DNA of 64,000 nucleotides from the human T2T-CHM13v2.0 reference genome, Homo sapiens. The stretch lies in the NCBI RefSeq assembly GCF_009914755.1, contig NC_060936.1; one strand, 5' to 3'. Within the stretch, counting starts at the first letter, position 1. Each line of letters opens with the position of its first letter. Under the pieces are notes generated by a model. That model was not told the origin of the DNA. It did not search any database and saw nothing but the letters and a program-made list of their open reading frames with translations. Position numbers and translations under genes: made by a program. Shown here piece after piece: positions 23,268-42,085 of the stretch.

Positions 23268-24065
23268 GCAAACATAATGGCAACAGGATTTTCTTTGGGA
23301 ACAAAATTTGATAAATATACAAACTCATTTCTTTAAATGTTGAAAGACATCCTATTGAATCTGAGGGGGTAATTTACAGAAAGATACTGTCTCTCGCACT
23401 TTTGTCATCTCTGGAAAAGTCCTGGTGAATAGTCATTCATTTGTAATAGCCCTCTGATCATTTCCTTTTCTTTGAAGTTCAAAGAGAATAGCAAACAGAA
23501 AAGTTAACAATTTTCACATAAAATATTCCCTCAAGCAATCCTTTCCCCCATAGTTAGTCTTGAGGCAGGATTCACAAATTCAGAGTATGCAGCTAACTGC
23601 AGTGATGGGACCTTCGCTTTCCTCTCTTAAAAGTGAGGAAATGATTGGCTTCATTGTATCCAATCATCTTTCTGTTTTGTTTTGCTTTTGAAAACATTCC
23701 TACAGCTGGGAGCACAGCTGCTGTATACTTCCCCCAAAGCAGGAATTAGTTCATTTCCTTCCTTCATTGTTACACTGTTGCATTCTTCTCCCTATTATCC
23801 TTTGGTGAATACAATAAAACACCTTCTATAAGTAATGGGCGTATATCTCCCTTTCTCCTAAAGTTAGCCAAAGTGGAGCATGATTAGCAAGCAGTTTTTT
23901 TGTATCAAAATACTAGGACAACCCTGGAATTCTAAAAATAACCAGTCAGTGGAAAACTGTGTTGAGGCTAGCATCAATTGGATTCTGATACAACAAAAAT
24001 GTCTTGAGTTCCTAGTAAGTACAAGATTCATTTGCTAAACTCCATGGAGGATACAAAAATGATTA

Positions 24066-24368
<303 letters not shown>

Positions 24369-25454
24369 TCAAAAAAAGAGAAAGAAAAAAACCCAGTAAC
24401 TGCCTGGAGGGAGTTATAAAGGCTGCAGCGGAACTTGCTGTGGGTTTACCCTGGAACTTGGGAAAGTTTCATACAGGAGATGGTACTTCTGCTGGGCTTC
24501 AAGGGATAGCCCCAAATTCAGTGGGTCCAGGTAGGAGGGAAGGGGTTCAAGGTGAAAGGGGTGGCAGGAGCAACAGAAGGAAGGTGGTGAGTTGTACAGA
24601 TGTTAAAAGACGATACGTAATCTGGGGAGGGAGGGAGGATGCACAGTCTCTTTCTAAATCTCAATTTCACCATTGTAAAATGCAGAGATCAGCATTTATT
24701 GCATAAGGGGATTTAGCTTATTAATGAAGAGTAAGTGGGAAGTAGCAGGCCCACCAGGGAGAGGGTTGGTGAGGAAAGGACATTGAAGAAAGGAGTAAAT
24801 TTCAGTTTGGTGTCTCCAGATCTCATGCCGTCTGCGCAGACAGCAGTGAGAAATGAGCCTGGAACTGGTGGGGCACTGGAGACAGAGCAAGAAGCTTAAT
24901 CCTCTAGATCTGCATTTATTCAAGTGGTTAAGACCTTGTAATAGCAAACAATAATGCTCATCACATGGAAAACTAATTGTGATACTATAAGAAATACATA
25001 TTGTGTTTTTGTTCCTGGTTTCTGACACAGCTTCTAAAAGCTTTGGGAATTCCTGAGTGATAGGGGTAATAGGAGCAACTCTGGGTAAAAATAAAATACA
25101 AATTACAAGTGCTATGAAACAGAAGTATTTCCCTTGCTCTGATATGCACTTTTATGGGTCATTTTCCACACTAGTAGAGTGAGTTTTTTTTCTAAAATGC
25201 AAATCTGGTTACATGTTCCCTGTGCTACTTGATTTCCCATTGACTTCAGCAGAGACCCAGAACTCCTTGGGAGAGCAGTTGGCTATTGAGACCTCCTACC
25301 GGTTTTGTCTCCTGCCCTACCTATATTCTAGGCTTCCAAATAAAATGCATTCCCCAGAGGTCTATCTTCTCTTACACCAAATGAGAAAGAAAGTATAGAG
25401 ACAGGGGAAAAGAAATGGGTTTGCTTGTTTTCTTCCTTTTCCTTTCCACCCCAG

Positions 25455-25663
25455 GTCTCAAGTAGGGGTGATTTTGTGTCTCAGGGGGACATTTGGCAAT
25501 GTCTGGAGACACTTTTGGTTTTCATAACTTGGAGATAGAGGTGCTACTGGCCTCTAGGGGGTAGGAGCTAGTGATGATGCTAAACTTCCTACAATGCACA
25601 GAATAGCCTCCCTCAGCAATTATCTGGCCCAAAATGTTAACAGTGCTGAGGTTTAGAAACCCT
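25455..25663. mobile_element. MER20 DNA transposon
   Basis: Characteristic gggacatttggcaatgtctggagaca...ggcccaaaatgttaacagtgctgaggtttagaaaccctg. Confidence 0.8.
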
Positions 25664-25677
25664 GCTCTCTCCCATCC

Positions 25678-26011
25678 TGTCTTAGTTCATTCCGGCTGCT
25701 GTAAAAATAGACCATAAACTGGGTAGCTTGTAAACAACAGGAATTGATTCCTTACAGTTCTGGGAAGTCCAAGATGAAGGCACTGGCAGATTCAACGTCT
25801 GGTGAGGACTTCCTGGTTCCTAGATGGCATCTTCTAGATGTGCCTGCTAGCTCTCTTGGGTCACTTTTATAAGGGCACTAATCCCAGTCACGAGGCTTCA
25901 CCTTCATGGCCTAATCACCTCTCAAAGGCCCTACCTCCTAATACTATCAATTTAAGGGTTAGGATTTCAACATATGAATTCTGGGGGGACACAAATATTC
26001 AGACCATAGCA
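25678..26011 (-). mobile_element. MLT1A-like MaLR LTR
   Basis: tgtcttagtt...cagaccatagca termini; imperfect TSD catcc/tatcc. Confidence 0.72.
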
Positions 26012-28069
26012 TATCCCAAGAAAATATGACTCCTACACTGTACTCTCTCTTGACCTGATCTAGCATCTAGCTTCAACATAATTCTCATGGTGGTGGTTTT
26101 CTAGTTCATAACAACATTGTGGACAGTCATTTTATTAGTGAATCCAAATACTGGATATGAGCAACTGTTTTGAAATTTTGTTTTCTTTCTTTGTTGTTCA
26201 GAATGAGAAACTGATTTCACTCATTGATCCTATAGCAGCAGAATTTTACTTTTCCCCAGATTTTTACAAAATTACAATTTATTATTTTTTCCCTTATGTG
26301 AAATAATAAATTCAGTACACTATCACATATCACATTTGGGTGTTAGCTGACTTATTTTTTGGACACTCAGAATCCACTGCCTTTACTTCTGGAAGAGTAC
26401 TCTGATTTCCTCAGGGGAACCACCCCCTTCCCATCTCTTAGTCCATATGTTTTAAGTGGAGTTGATTCCACCCCCAGCTCCAGAGTTGGAAGTGTGATTC
26501 AGGCATAGCTAATCAGAATATCACATATCTTAGGTCACAGTCATTGGTTTAGAATTGGGCAGGTGACTTATTTAAAGAAAATAAGATATACTGCTGGAAG
26601 AATTTTTAGGAGGAAGGCAGTGTCAGTTACATGCCTCTGTGTGTGTGTGTGTATTAATTGTTCCAAATTCTTCACTCTCTCCCTGTAGTAGAATTATATG
26701 GCCAGGTTATTTGACTCGTGAATTTGCAGTGCCTCTCACAGGAGTAGGCAGAACAGACTTCCCCACCCACTGATGTTGAGCTTGTCCTTGTGGCTTGCTT
26801 TTGGCAATAGCACGTGGGTGGAAGTGAGAGTGTCAGTTCCAAGCTATGGCCTTAAGAGACATCACATGTTTCTGCTGCTGCTCTTGCACTTCTGCTATCT
26901 GCCATGAGAAGGGAATGCCCTGGATAGTTGCAAGTCTCAGAATGAGAGACAGAAGGAGTACACCTAAACCCAACTTAAGCTTGAAGCAGCATCCCTCCTG
27001 TCCACCATGAGCTAACATGCAGATCGACAAACAAGAAAAATCAATGTTTATTACTGTAAGCCACTGAAAGTTAGGAGTTGTTTGTGATACAGCATTATCA
27101 CAGCAACAGTCTAGCTAATATATCCTATTTGTGTTCAGATCTGTTCCCTTCCTTCCCTTCTCTGTTCATCTAGGGAGGGAGGGCTAACCCCTGACAGGCT
27201 GCATTTTATAGGTTTCTCTGTTAACTGGCTTTGGCCAGTTTCAATCAATGGAAAGTATTGATGGGAGACTGGAGGATGAGAAGAAGGGAAAAGCCAGGGT
27301 ATTTCTCCCTCACTCTCTCTGCCTCAGATTGTATCTCTGGTAAAGATTGCATCTCCTACATGGCTCCCAGTCCCACTGGGAAACTCCCTCCTGCCCCAGT
27401 GCTGATGGCCCTGGTTTCTAAACTCCTCTTTTGAACCCTAAGCCCTAGAATTGCAGTGGCTTCCTACTGTTGCTAATCTCTGAGTTGTCTTACCTGCTCC
27501 TGTTTACCTTCTCTTGCAAAACCAAGTCTGTGTTAAGTTCCTGCTTTTTGATGCACCTATAGTGGTTTGTGTTTTCTGACTTGAGAACTATATAGAATGA
27601 CTCACTTTTTTTTGGTTAGACTCAAACCTAAGAGAATGAAGAACTAGAACTTCTGGAAACCATCATATAACCAGGAGGAACCTGAGAATAAAGTCAACAT
27701 GAAAATCAGAGCCAATAGAGACTGGATTTTGGTGACAATATCTGAAATCTTAGATCAAGCTGTGCCTAAAGTTAGAGAGTTCTATCCTGAGATTTTAATT
27801 ACATAAGCCAATACCTGCCCTTTTTTTCTTAAGTGAGTTCGAGGATTTTTTTTTTTGCTATCAAATATAACTAAATGTGATAGAAACTTGATCATACTTG
27901 AACAGTAAGCCATTTAGAAATAACCTGTGCTCTGTAAGAGCCTGGCGTGGCTACAATGCTAATATCTGTGAAGACGTCTTATAGATGAACTGGGGGAGTA
28001 GGGAGTGTAGCTCAATGTAATCATTCTTGCTAGGCTGTTAGATTTTTACATCTCTCTCCAGATATAGAT

Positions 28070-28510
28070 TGTATTAGTTTCTTAGGGGTACTCTAACAAA
28101 GTACCACAAATTTGGCAGCTGAAAACAATAGACATTTATATTATTTCACGTTTCTGGAGGCTAGAAGTCCAAAATCAAGGTGTCAGCAGACCAAACTCCC
28201 CCCAAAGGCTCTAGGAGAGAATGTTTCCTTGCATCTTCTGGCTTCTGATGGCTCCTAGCATTGCTTGACTTGTGGCAGCAAAGCCCTAAGCTTTGCCTCT
28301 GTCTTTACATGGACTTTCTCTCTCTCTCTGTCCCTTTTCTGTCTCTTGTAAAAACACTCCCGTTGGATTTGGGGTCCACTCTACTCCAATATGATCTCAT
28401 TTCAATCCTTACCTTAATTATACCTGCAAAGACTCTATTTCCAAATAAGGTCACATTCTGAGGTTCTCGACGAACATGAATTTTGGGTGGGCACTATTCA
28501 ATCCACTATA
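28070..28510 (-). mobile_element. MLT1B/C-like MaLR LTR
   Basis: tgtattagtttc...tctggaggctagaagtccaaaatcaaggtgtcagcag...ccaaataaggtcacattctgagg. Confidence 0.72.
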
Positions 28511-29337
28511 TAAATTTAACACACCATTTTAGTATTGACCATAACATGTTATAAAATTTCATATCATTGAATTATTTATACATATTATTTATTAACACGA
28601 ATCAGTATCATTCTTCTAAGACAGAGCTTAGTATTATTTTTAGAATAGTTAGCTCTCAACAGATTATCTGCTGAACAGATAGTTTAATTAATTGTGAATG
28701 AATCAATACCTCTATTGCCCAAATATTTCATCCAGTACTTTACACAAGGCACAATCCATAGATTGACATTCAATAAGTCAGAAATAAAAACATTTCTAAA
28801 ACAACAAAATGCAGAACAAAACAACTAATAAACCAATCAAAATTTAAAAAAGTCTTCAGTGTATTTAAATTACAGTGTATTTTAAACAATAGAAGCATTC
28901 TTTGCATGGCTGTGAAAAGGCCAAATCATAGTTCAATACCCGATGGTTATTTGATTATCACAGACCCTTCTGTATTCTGTATACCTTTATGGCAGATGAA
29001 TGACTATTCCTAATGTAATACCTTTTAAAATTTAGATTTCCAAACATGGTGCTTTCTTTAAAAGTGCAGCACATCTCCACAATTGGAAAGTCAAACTGGT
29101 GAGTCTTGTTTTGCATTCTACAATTATGCCAATTTCATGTAAAGATACAACCTCTAAAACATGGCTATTAACCTAACCACCTATTAGAAAGCCTACACTT
29201 GAAAGTAGATTGCAGCTCATTAGATGAAACCCTCAATTGCTAATTATAGTTTTAAAATCAAGATAGGTAAATGGTAAGTGTATTTAGATAGTTGGGTACC
29301 AGCTGGGAATTAACGTAAAAGTAAGGCGATAGACACA

Positions 29338-29338
<1 letters not shown>

Positions 29339-29393
<55 letters not shown>
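29339..29393. repeat. (AC)~27 microsatellite
   Basis: Read directly. Confidence 0.95.
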
Positions 29394-29399
<6 letters not shown>

Positions 29400-29505
29400 A
29401 CAGAGGAGAAAAGCAACAAGAATTAAAATAATTTAGAGGCAAGGCTGGGCGCGGTGGCTCACGCCTGTAATCCCAACACTTTGGGAAGCCAAGGCGGGCG
29501 GATCA

Positions 29506-29718
<213 letters not shown>

Positions 29719-30401
29719 TCAAAATAAATAAATAAATAAATAAAATAATAATTATAATAATAATTTAGAGGCAAACTCCTCACCTAATCCCCACATTTAA
29801 CCAGCAAAGGATGTGGCCTTAGAGAAAAGTGTTTTGCATAGATTTCCTGACTCAGGATTCACTTGCCACTACACTGTCCTTATATCTTTATAAGGTATAG
29901 AAATTACAAAGACAAAATAGAACAAAAAGCAAGTTATCATAAAAATGCACTGCTGACAAGATTTTAGTAAAAGGTTTAGAAATATTAAGTAGTGTGGGTT
30001 TATGTGTGTGTGTATGAGGCAGATAATTTTTGTGTACATATCTCATATAGGATAGTTTCAAGTTTTAATAAATGGTATTCAAATGTTTAGATACATAGTA
30101 TGCACATAATAAAAATAAAAAGTTGACAGCTAAGGACTCATTAAACAAGATCTGTATAACACATTTTTTTCTTAAGTTTCTGTAGAGCAGTGCACATATT
30201 TTGATGTTAGGGTTCAAGAAATCCAATGTAATACTTTAATTCAACTCAAAATTTGGCTAAATGGGGTGGTATACAAACTGCCCTTTAGTTTTAAACAGAA
30301 ACACTATGACACATAGATTTGAAAAATAGGTCCTGTGAATACCTATCTATTGTGGTGATGTGAGCAGCAAAGTGTTGTGGGATTGATTTTAATATTAAAA
30401 G

Positions 30402-30823
30402 TGTTACTGAAACACCAGGGGTTTGGTCTAGGTCCTGCTGCTTGCAGCACAGAAAGCCAAAGACTGATATGACAAGTACTGCCAAGGAAGAAAGTTTTAA
30501 TCAGGTGCTGCAGCTGAAAAGATGGGAGATCAGTCTCAACTCCATCTTCCTGACCGCTAAAATTAGGGGGTTATATAGCAGGGAAGAAATGTAGCAATGT
30601 GTAAGAAGAAAGGAACTAGAGAGGGGCAAGGAAGCAATCAGGATGAATGAAGGGCCAGGCTTTCATTGGCTGAGATGATCTGGTGAGTTTCAGTTCTTTG
30701 ATACTTTTTGAGAGGTCTAGGGATCCTTTCCTAAGGAAACAACTCGGATAAAACAAATGTAAGTTTTAGGTTTTAAGACCAGAAGGGTCAATTTCTACGG
30801 TTGGGACTACTGAGTCAATTTCA
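30402..30823 (-). mobile_element. ERV1 MER4-group solo LTR (MER57-like)
   Basis: tgttactgaaacaccagggg...tttca termini with 4-bp TSD AAAG (30398-30401, 30824-30827). Subfamily call is from memory. Confidence 0.72.
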
Positions 30824-32215
30824 AAAGTGGCAACCACTATCTGGTTTCAGGTTCATTTACCACTTAAATATCAACTCCTAGTTACCATCTTCACTCACCC
30901 ACCTACCCCAGAATGTAAGCTCCATGACAGTAGGATCCCTTGTGCTTAGAATGGAGCCTGACACAGAAGATGTGTAAAATAATATTTGTTGAATTTACTT
31001 CTCAAATCTATATCTCCTACACAGACCAATTTAAACAGCTTCAGGTCTAACTTTATCTTCTGAACATCTCCACTTGCACACTCCTCTCACACTTCAAACT
31101 GAACACACTCCAAACCAAAATGCATTATTTTCCCCCACAGCCTGTTTTCCTTGTATTCTTTAGATTGGTACCATCATCAATCACATAATAACTAAGTCCA
31201 GATGAGTCAGCTTCTTAGGTATCACCAGATACCTCTTCCTCACCATCCCTTCTGAGATAATTTAGGTAACCGTCATCTTTTAATTTAAGGGATTGCCACC
31301 TGTCTTACTACCATCTTCAAACATCTGTGAAAATATTGTTTTTCCCCTAAAACACAAATCTGTTCCTACCAGTCCTTCCTTATAATCATCCCAATTGCCT
31401 GTGGGAAAGAAACTAAATTCCTCAGCATCTACCAGGCCTTTCATTTGTGTCTACTTCTCCCATCTGATCTGCCTCCCAATCTGCAGACTTCAGTCATTCA
31501 AAATGAGTATTCTCAGAACATTTCATGTACTCTCACATCTCTGGAACCTTGTCTTTGTTGCTCTCTCTGCCTGGAAATTAATTCTTATTCCCAGTTATCC
31601 CTCCCTCCTGGCAGAGTCTTAATTCATCTTTAAAAATTCAGCTCCTTTCAAACCTCTGCCATCACCCTTCAAGACTCTTAGGGGTTCCTTCTTTCATGGA
31701 CCTCCACAGACTTCCATTTGGCCTTTACCATGCTGCTGAGCACTTTGAAGCCTAAGGCTGTTTTCATTTCAGTTTCTTTAGCAAGCAACAGTACATCTCA
31801 TTGTTTTTGTTGAGTAAAGGAAGGAATAAATGCTAGAGAGAGATGTCATTCCAGTTCAGTGCCCACCATTCACAGATGGAGACCTGAGGCCCAGAGAGGA
31901 GACATGATTTGAGGAAGGCTAAAAGACTGAATAGGGCCGGGTGAGGTGGCTAACGCCTGTAATCCCAGCACTTTGGGAGGCCGAGGTGGGAGGATCACTG
32001 GAGCCCAGGAGTTCAAGACCAGCCTGGGCAACATGGCAAAAACCCATTTCTACAAAAAACACAAAAATTAGCCCGGTGTGGTGGCACAGGCCTGTAATCC
32101 TGGCTACTCTGGAGGCTGAGGTGGGAGGATCTCTTGAGTCCGTGAGATCAAGGCTGCAGTGAGCCGAGATCGTGCCACCGCACTCCAGCCTGGGTGACAG
32201 GGCAAGACCCTGTCT

Positions 32216-32250
<35 letters not shown>

Positions 32251-32879
32251 AGGGCCTGGGCTGCAACACAGGCCTCGGGGACAAAGCCAGTGATTTTTTT
32301 AAAAAATTATTTATTTATTTATTTTATTTTTTGCTATGAAACAAGCCACATTTACAGATATAACCGACTTGGGATTGTTACACTGATGTCTAGTCTCGGC
32401 TTTATTTCAACCCTGGGAGCTAGTAAGCATCCCTTACGTTGAAGTTCATTGTTTTTTTGTTTTGTTTTGTTTCGTTTTCAGGCTCCGGTGTTTGCTGAAG
32501 AGTCAACATCCTCCTTTTGTGACTTGGGACTACAGGATTCCTCCTCATCCCTCCGCACCTGAGAAGAGGGGCCTCTCTCTGAAAGATTTCTGCTGAGGAC
32601 CCCCATTCCTGCTGGGTTCCAGGCTGCGTCTCTGGAAACCGTGGCGCCCTCAGGTCAGCCAGCTCCCGAGTGGATGTGGGGTTGGGAGCGGCTCTTAACA
32701 GACCAGGATAAAACTCAGGGAAGCGCCTTCAGCTGCACCGCAACATTCCAGGACGCTCAGAAGCAATTATTACAGGCGAGGTTCATTCACCTCTCAGGCC
32801 TGTGGGAACAACAGGACGGGCTGTGGCTTTCGAACTGGCTGTCGCTGAAAGGCCAGATCGGAGGACCTGCTCTGACTGA

Positions 32880-33560
32880 ACCACTTCGCCTTTCAGTGAA
32901 CAGAGGGACTTGGCCACCGAAGCTCCGAGACGCCCGGAGGCGCAGCGCTGGACGCGCTGACAGGCGAGCGCCCACGGGTCGCGTGCTTCCCGGCAGCCCG
33001 GGGGCGGGGCCTCAGACCACGCCCCCGCCTTATGATTGGTCCCTTCGAAACAGGCGGCGGCCAGCGGCTACTGACCCTGAGGCCCAGGCGGCGGCGGCAG
33101 CGGCGGCGGTTGGTCAGGGGCGTGTTGGCCCCGCACAGATTGAGCCGAGTTGTCGCCCCGCTGGGAGAAGTGACCCTCCTGCGCCTGGTGAGTACTTCCC
33201 TGTTTGTCTTCTCTTTTCCTGGCGAACTTTTACGCGCTGTCTCGGGGCCTCCGCGCCTCAGCCTGAGGGCTCCAGGAGCCCCCAGCTCTCTGAGGCCCCG
33301 AAGCTGAGGTTTGTTGGGTCTCCCGGCTGCGGGAGCCAGTACGCTCTGCGTTTGCCTGGCTGCGGCAGTCGCGTGCTCTGATTGGCTCCTGGGGCCGTCA
33401 AGGTGACGTTGCGCCTGCCTTCACCTGTCCACCCAAGTGCGGAGAGAGGGGCGACAGGTGTGCGGGGCGGTTGGGGCTGCTGGTGTGGGCGAGCTCAGCT
33501 GGGGAGGAGGGATCCAGCCGCTACTGGCCCTGCTTTAAATCCAGAGCGGTATCAGAGCCC
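32880..33560 (+). promoter_or_regulatory. GAS2L3: GAS2L3 CpG-island promoter
   Basis: Sharp rise in GC and CpG content. GC box GGGGCGGGGC at 33001-33010, inverted CCAAT (ATTGG) at 33035-33039 and 33381-33385, CHR-type TTCGAA at 33044-33049, TGACGT at 33404-33409. Confidence 0.9.
33070..33187 (+). other. GAS2L3: GAS2L3 non-coding first exon (start approximate)
   Basis: Canonical donor CTG|gtgagt at 33188 inside the CpG island, downstream of the CCAAT/CHR elements. The TSS cannot be fixed from sequence alone. Confidence 0.8.
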
Positions 33561-34765
33561 GAAGGTACTGTGGGATCTTCAGGGGCACCCTCATCCCTAA
33601 GCGCCTGGCACTTAGAGGGTCTGTTTTTTTCTGTTCATCATCCTCGGAAAGAATTGATGAAGTCTCTGGCCCTGCAAAGAGAAAGAGACAGACAGTTATT
33701 CTTGCCCTCTAGCAAGGTTTATAGGCTCTTCCCTGTTTTTTCTCCCAGTCCATGCAGGGTCTAGAACGCCCACATGTGCGGAACTGGGGAATAGAGCTGG
33801 AGACCCTGCGCGATGCCTTCCGCCCACAACCCTCAGTTTGGAGGACTGCCCGGGGAGAGGCTGGCAAAAGAAAGGGAAGGCTTGTAGAGTGCCTTGGAAG
33901 TCAGAGGAAAGTTTTGGAGGGCGTGCTCCTCTATGCAGTCACCCGTGGTTCCTTTCCTAATCTTTTCACACCGAGGGATTGAATGTTGTAAATTTGAGTG
34001 CTTTGTGGCATGGCATGGTGGAATAGCTGATCCCCAGTGGTTGCAAAGAGATGATTTTAGGTCAGAGCCTGGGTTTTGCTTCGCTTGTGTGAAGAGCAAA
34101 AAACAAACAAACAAAAACAACAAGAACAACAGAACCGCTTTGTGAATTGCTATCTGATCACCTGTCTTGGCACTTAAATGATTAGAAATTGAAATTCTCA
34201 CCACCTCAGATTCCCTTTGGGAACAAATTGGAACTGTTTCAAATGACAGAAGTGGAAACTCTAGTGATCTGGTGTAGATGCCGATACCTGTTGTCTGACT
34301 CATCTGTTTCAAAATCTCATTAGAAACCAACTGTCATTGAACAGTAGGTGTTTGCTATCTGACATTGAATTAGAAGTAGTAATTTTTTTTTTTTTAGCGT
34401 GACAGAGTTGCTAAGCAGGGGGGCTCTGAAATCAGTCTTCATTGGATATCTGACTTTAGACACATTATTTAATCCTTCTAAGCCTAAATTTCCTAGTCTG
34501 TGAAAGAAGGTTAATAATAGTTCCTACTTTATTGAGAGGATTGTTGTAAAGATTAAATGAAATTCCACGTAACTAATTTAGCACAGTGCCTGATACATAG
34601 CTATTATTATTTCTCTGCTGTTTAACTTAGACAAAAAGTTTTGAGCTCTCCCCAAAGGATGGGGAGAGGTAGAAGGTGAAGGCAGTACCAGAGATAGGGA
34701 TAATTATTGTTTATTGACTAAATTATACATGTAAAGCATTTAAAACAGTATCTGACACATCATAA

Positions 34766-35065
<300 letters not shown>

Positions 35066-35846
35066 TAGACACGGGGTTTCACCATGTTGGCCAGGATGGT
35101 CTCGATCTCTTGACGTCGTGTTCCGCCCGACTCGGCCTCCCAAAGCTCTGGGATTACAGGCATGAGTCACCGCGCCTGGCCGTTATCTCTATTTTATAGG
35201 GGACAAAACTGAAGCTCAAAGAAGGGAAATCACTTACTAGGGTTCACCTGGAATTCAGTGCAGGCTTTTTTCTGTGTTACACACCTTTATATTCCTAACA
35301 TTAAGTAACTTTCCTGCACTGGATTGTCAGTGTGACCCAGATTAATTTCTGCTGTGGGTATGGGTTTATTTTGAATACATTATGAATTTTAAAATAATGA
35401 GAAATAACTTGTGATGGTAAATCAAAATTTGTGATAAAAGAATAGTGTCAACAAAATGCATGCTATTAGTAAAAAAAACAGTGATATTTTGGAGTTTTGA
35501 TGTTTGGAGAATGGCCACTTCAGAAATGATGTTCCTAATTTATATTTTGATAAATAGAAATGATGTTTGGAGAATTGGTTGTTTCAAAAGTAGTATCTCC
35601 TCATTTATATTTTCTCATTTAATTTTCATTTATTCACTATGTTTTTACTAAGCTACTCTTCCTTTTTTTTTCCTATCAATTTAAGTTTGGAGATAATAGG
35701 AAAGGTTCAGTTATTTGGATAGATTACTAAAGAGCTTGCTGTTGATGATGAGGAAAGTAAGAGATTAAACTTAATATGTATTCTTATGTTTTACTTTCTT
35801 ACAGTAACGTGTGTATTTTACTTCTTATTATTGGTTTTCATACTTT

Positions 35847-35950
35847 GATATTAGATATACCAGTACATATCTAATGAGTCATGCAATGGACATAGAATGA
35901 TATTAGATATACCTTTACAGATCTAATGAGTCATGCAATGGACATAGAAT
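35847..35950. repeat. 52-bp tandem duplication (2 copies, 3 mismatches)
   Basis: gatattagatatacc..taca.atctaatgagtcatgcaatggacatagaat at 35847-35898 and 35899-35950. Confidence 0.93.
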
Positions 35951-38033
35951 CTGAGAAAATAGGAAACTTGAGTCTGTTGGCCAATTTGTCTCACATTGAG
36001 TTTCTTGATTTTTAATTAGAGTTTAGTTGTCATAGAGAAATGCTTCAGAAGTAATGTTTATGAGATACAGACCATAATTATAACTGTATTTCTTTAATGT
36101 TTCTCCTAAAAACTCAGAAAGTGTTTTCATTTGATTACATTGTTACAGAGTAGGTAGGGTGTTTTAACAGAAAGCCACCATGTATTTCATAAGGGTGTTA
36201 CAAATTTCCAAAGAACTAGAATGTAATAAAATGTAGCAGCCTACTAAATGTGATGTCATCTTTGCCTCTGTAAGCATCCTAGAATTTATAGTATTATGAC
36301 CATCAGTCATGTGCTGGATATTGCTGAAGTGGTGACTCATAGAGACTTCCGCCTACTGTCATACAACATAAACGTTTCTCTAAGAAAGTATAATATTAGC
36401 TATGGTGAAGGGCTCACTTTATATAGATAGTTAGCTGTTGAAAAAAAGTTTGATGTTCAGCATGTCTTCTTTGTTACACACACAGAGAATTTAGAAAAGC
36501 ACTGTGATCCCAGTAACATTACATATACTGTTCTACAGGTTGCTTTTGTTCACTTAACAAAATAGACATATTTTCATATCAGTGCATATAGCTCTGTGTT
36601 ATTCTTTGAAGTGGTTAAATGAGTCTACTGTATGAATGTCCCATTAGTTATTTGAGCAGTTCCCTGTTAATGGATAGTTAGATATTGTTCTTATATTTTT
36701 TATGTTAGTGTTTATATATGTCCCCATACATTCTTTTAATCTATCATGTGTAAAGGCAAACTGATCTTAAGTTCGTTAAAAAAATTGTATGCCACAAAAT
36801 TTTTGACAAACTAAAAATTATGTCTAATATAAAATTAAGTTATTCAGTTTGGGTCTCTGCCAAACATTTCAAAAGGAAAATTTCAAATAAAAAAAGATTC
36901 TCAACAAAGTCTCTATATTTTTCAAATAACATGTAATGTTTTATTAAACTGTAAACATTTTATTTTTCTCTTAAAACTCTTTATCTGTAATAGAAGCATC
37001 TGTTGCATTTAGGAGTAATTCTAGTACTAATTTTAACTCTGATTTCATAGTGACATAGAAGAAATGAAGACTGTTAACCACCTTAAGGATCTTATTTTTA
37101 AAAGTATAGAGTGCAGCAAAATAGAAGCATATAATATTGCTATATCCCTAAATTGGGGAGATGATTCAGGGAAGACTTTGGAGGAATAGAATCTAGACAG
37201 GTAAGAGTGAGTCTGGAAAAGAGGTGTAAGAAGAGCATAGGTGGATCAGCAAGTGCGAAGACCTAGAGGTGAAAGCATGGCGCTCAGAAGGATCTTTAAC
37301 AAGTTCACTAAGGCTGAAGTGTAAGAGTCAAGAGACAGGGCTGGTGAGGATCCTACAAATCTTTGTTAGCTTGGTTAAGGAGTTTGGGCTTTATCCTGAA
37401 AACACTGGGCAACCATTAAGGGTTATAAGCAGGGCAGTAGTAAAATGTCCTTGGATCAGAGTTGTGAAAAAATCATTCTGGCTGTGGTTCATGAAGAACA
37501 GGGTTGCAAGGCTGGAGAAAAGGTGACTGTTTCAGTAAACCTGGAGAAGGATGATGGTGGCTTGAACTAGAGGAGTGGCTGTAGGTATTGAGAAAATTTA
37601 GAGGTAGAAGCAACAAGATATAGTCACTGTTCTGGCTGAGGAAAGATGGGGCAGGTGGAGGTGTGAGAGAGGAGGGAATTAAGAATGTCCTGGTAACTTA
37701 GTGAATTTTAATGGTGTTCCCTGAGATGGTAAACACAGGCAGCCTCTGTAAACATATAAATGAGTGAATGGATGGATGAATGATAGATGTACAAAGGCAG
37801 GACCATTTGATGAGGAGGAGGATGATAGTAAATACATAGTACTTGCGGTAGGTTTAACCTATCAGTTTTTTTCTTCTTTTGCATGCTTTATATAGCTGGT
37901 GCTCTTTTCTTCATTATTTCAACAGATTAGGTTAGCTGCATCTTCTAATTGTATATCAAATTTTGGATACATATTACTTTCTCTAGGTCAAGTGTCTTGG
38001 CAAATCTTCCTTTCTTCACGTAAGATGTGTATT

Positions 38034-42078
<4,045 letters not shown>

Positions 42079-42085
42079 CCCAGAG

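Noticed and set aside
32641-33381. 246-aa ORF over the CpG island
   Set aside because: GTG start, low-complexity Ala/Pro/Arg content, runs through the exon-1 donor; typical stop-poor GC-rich DNA.
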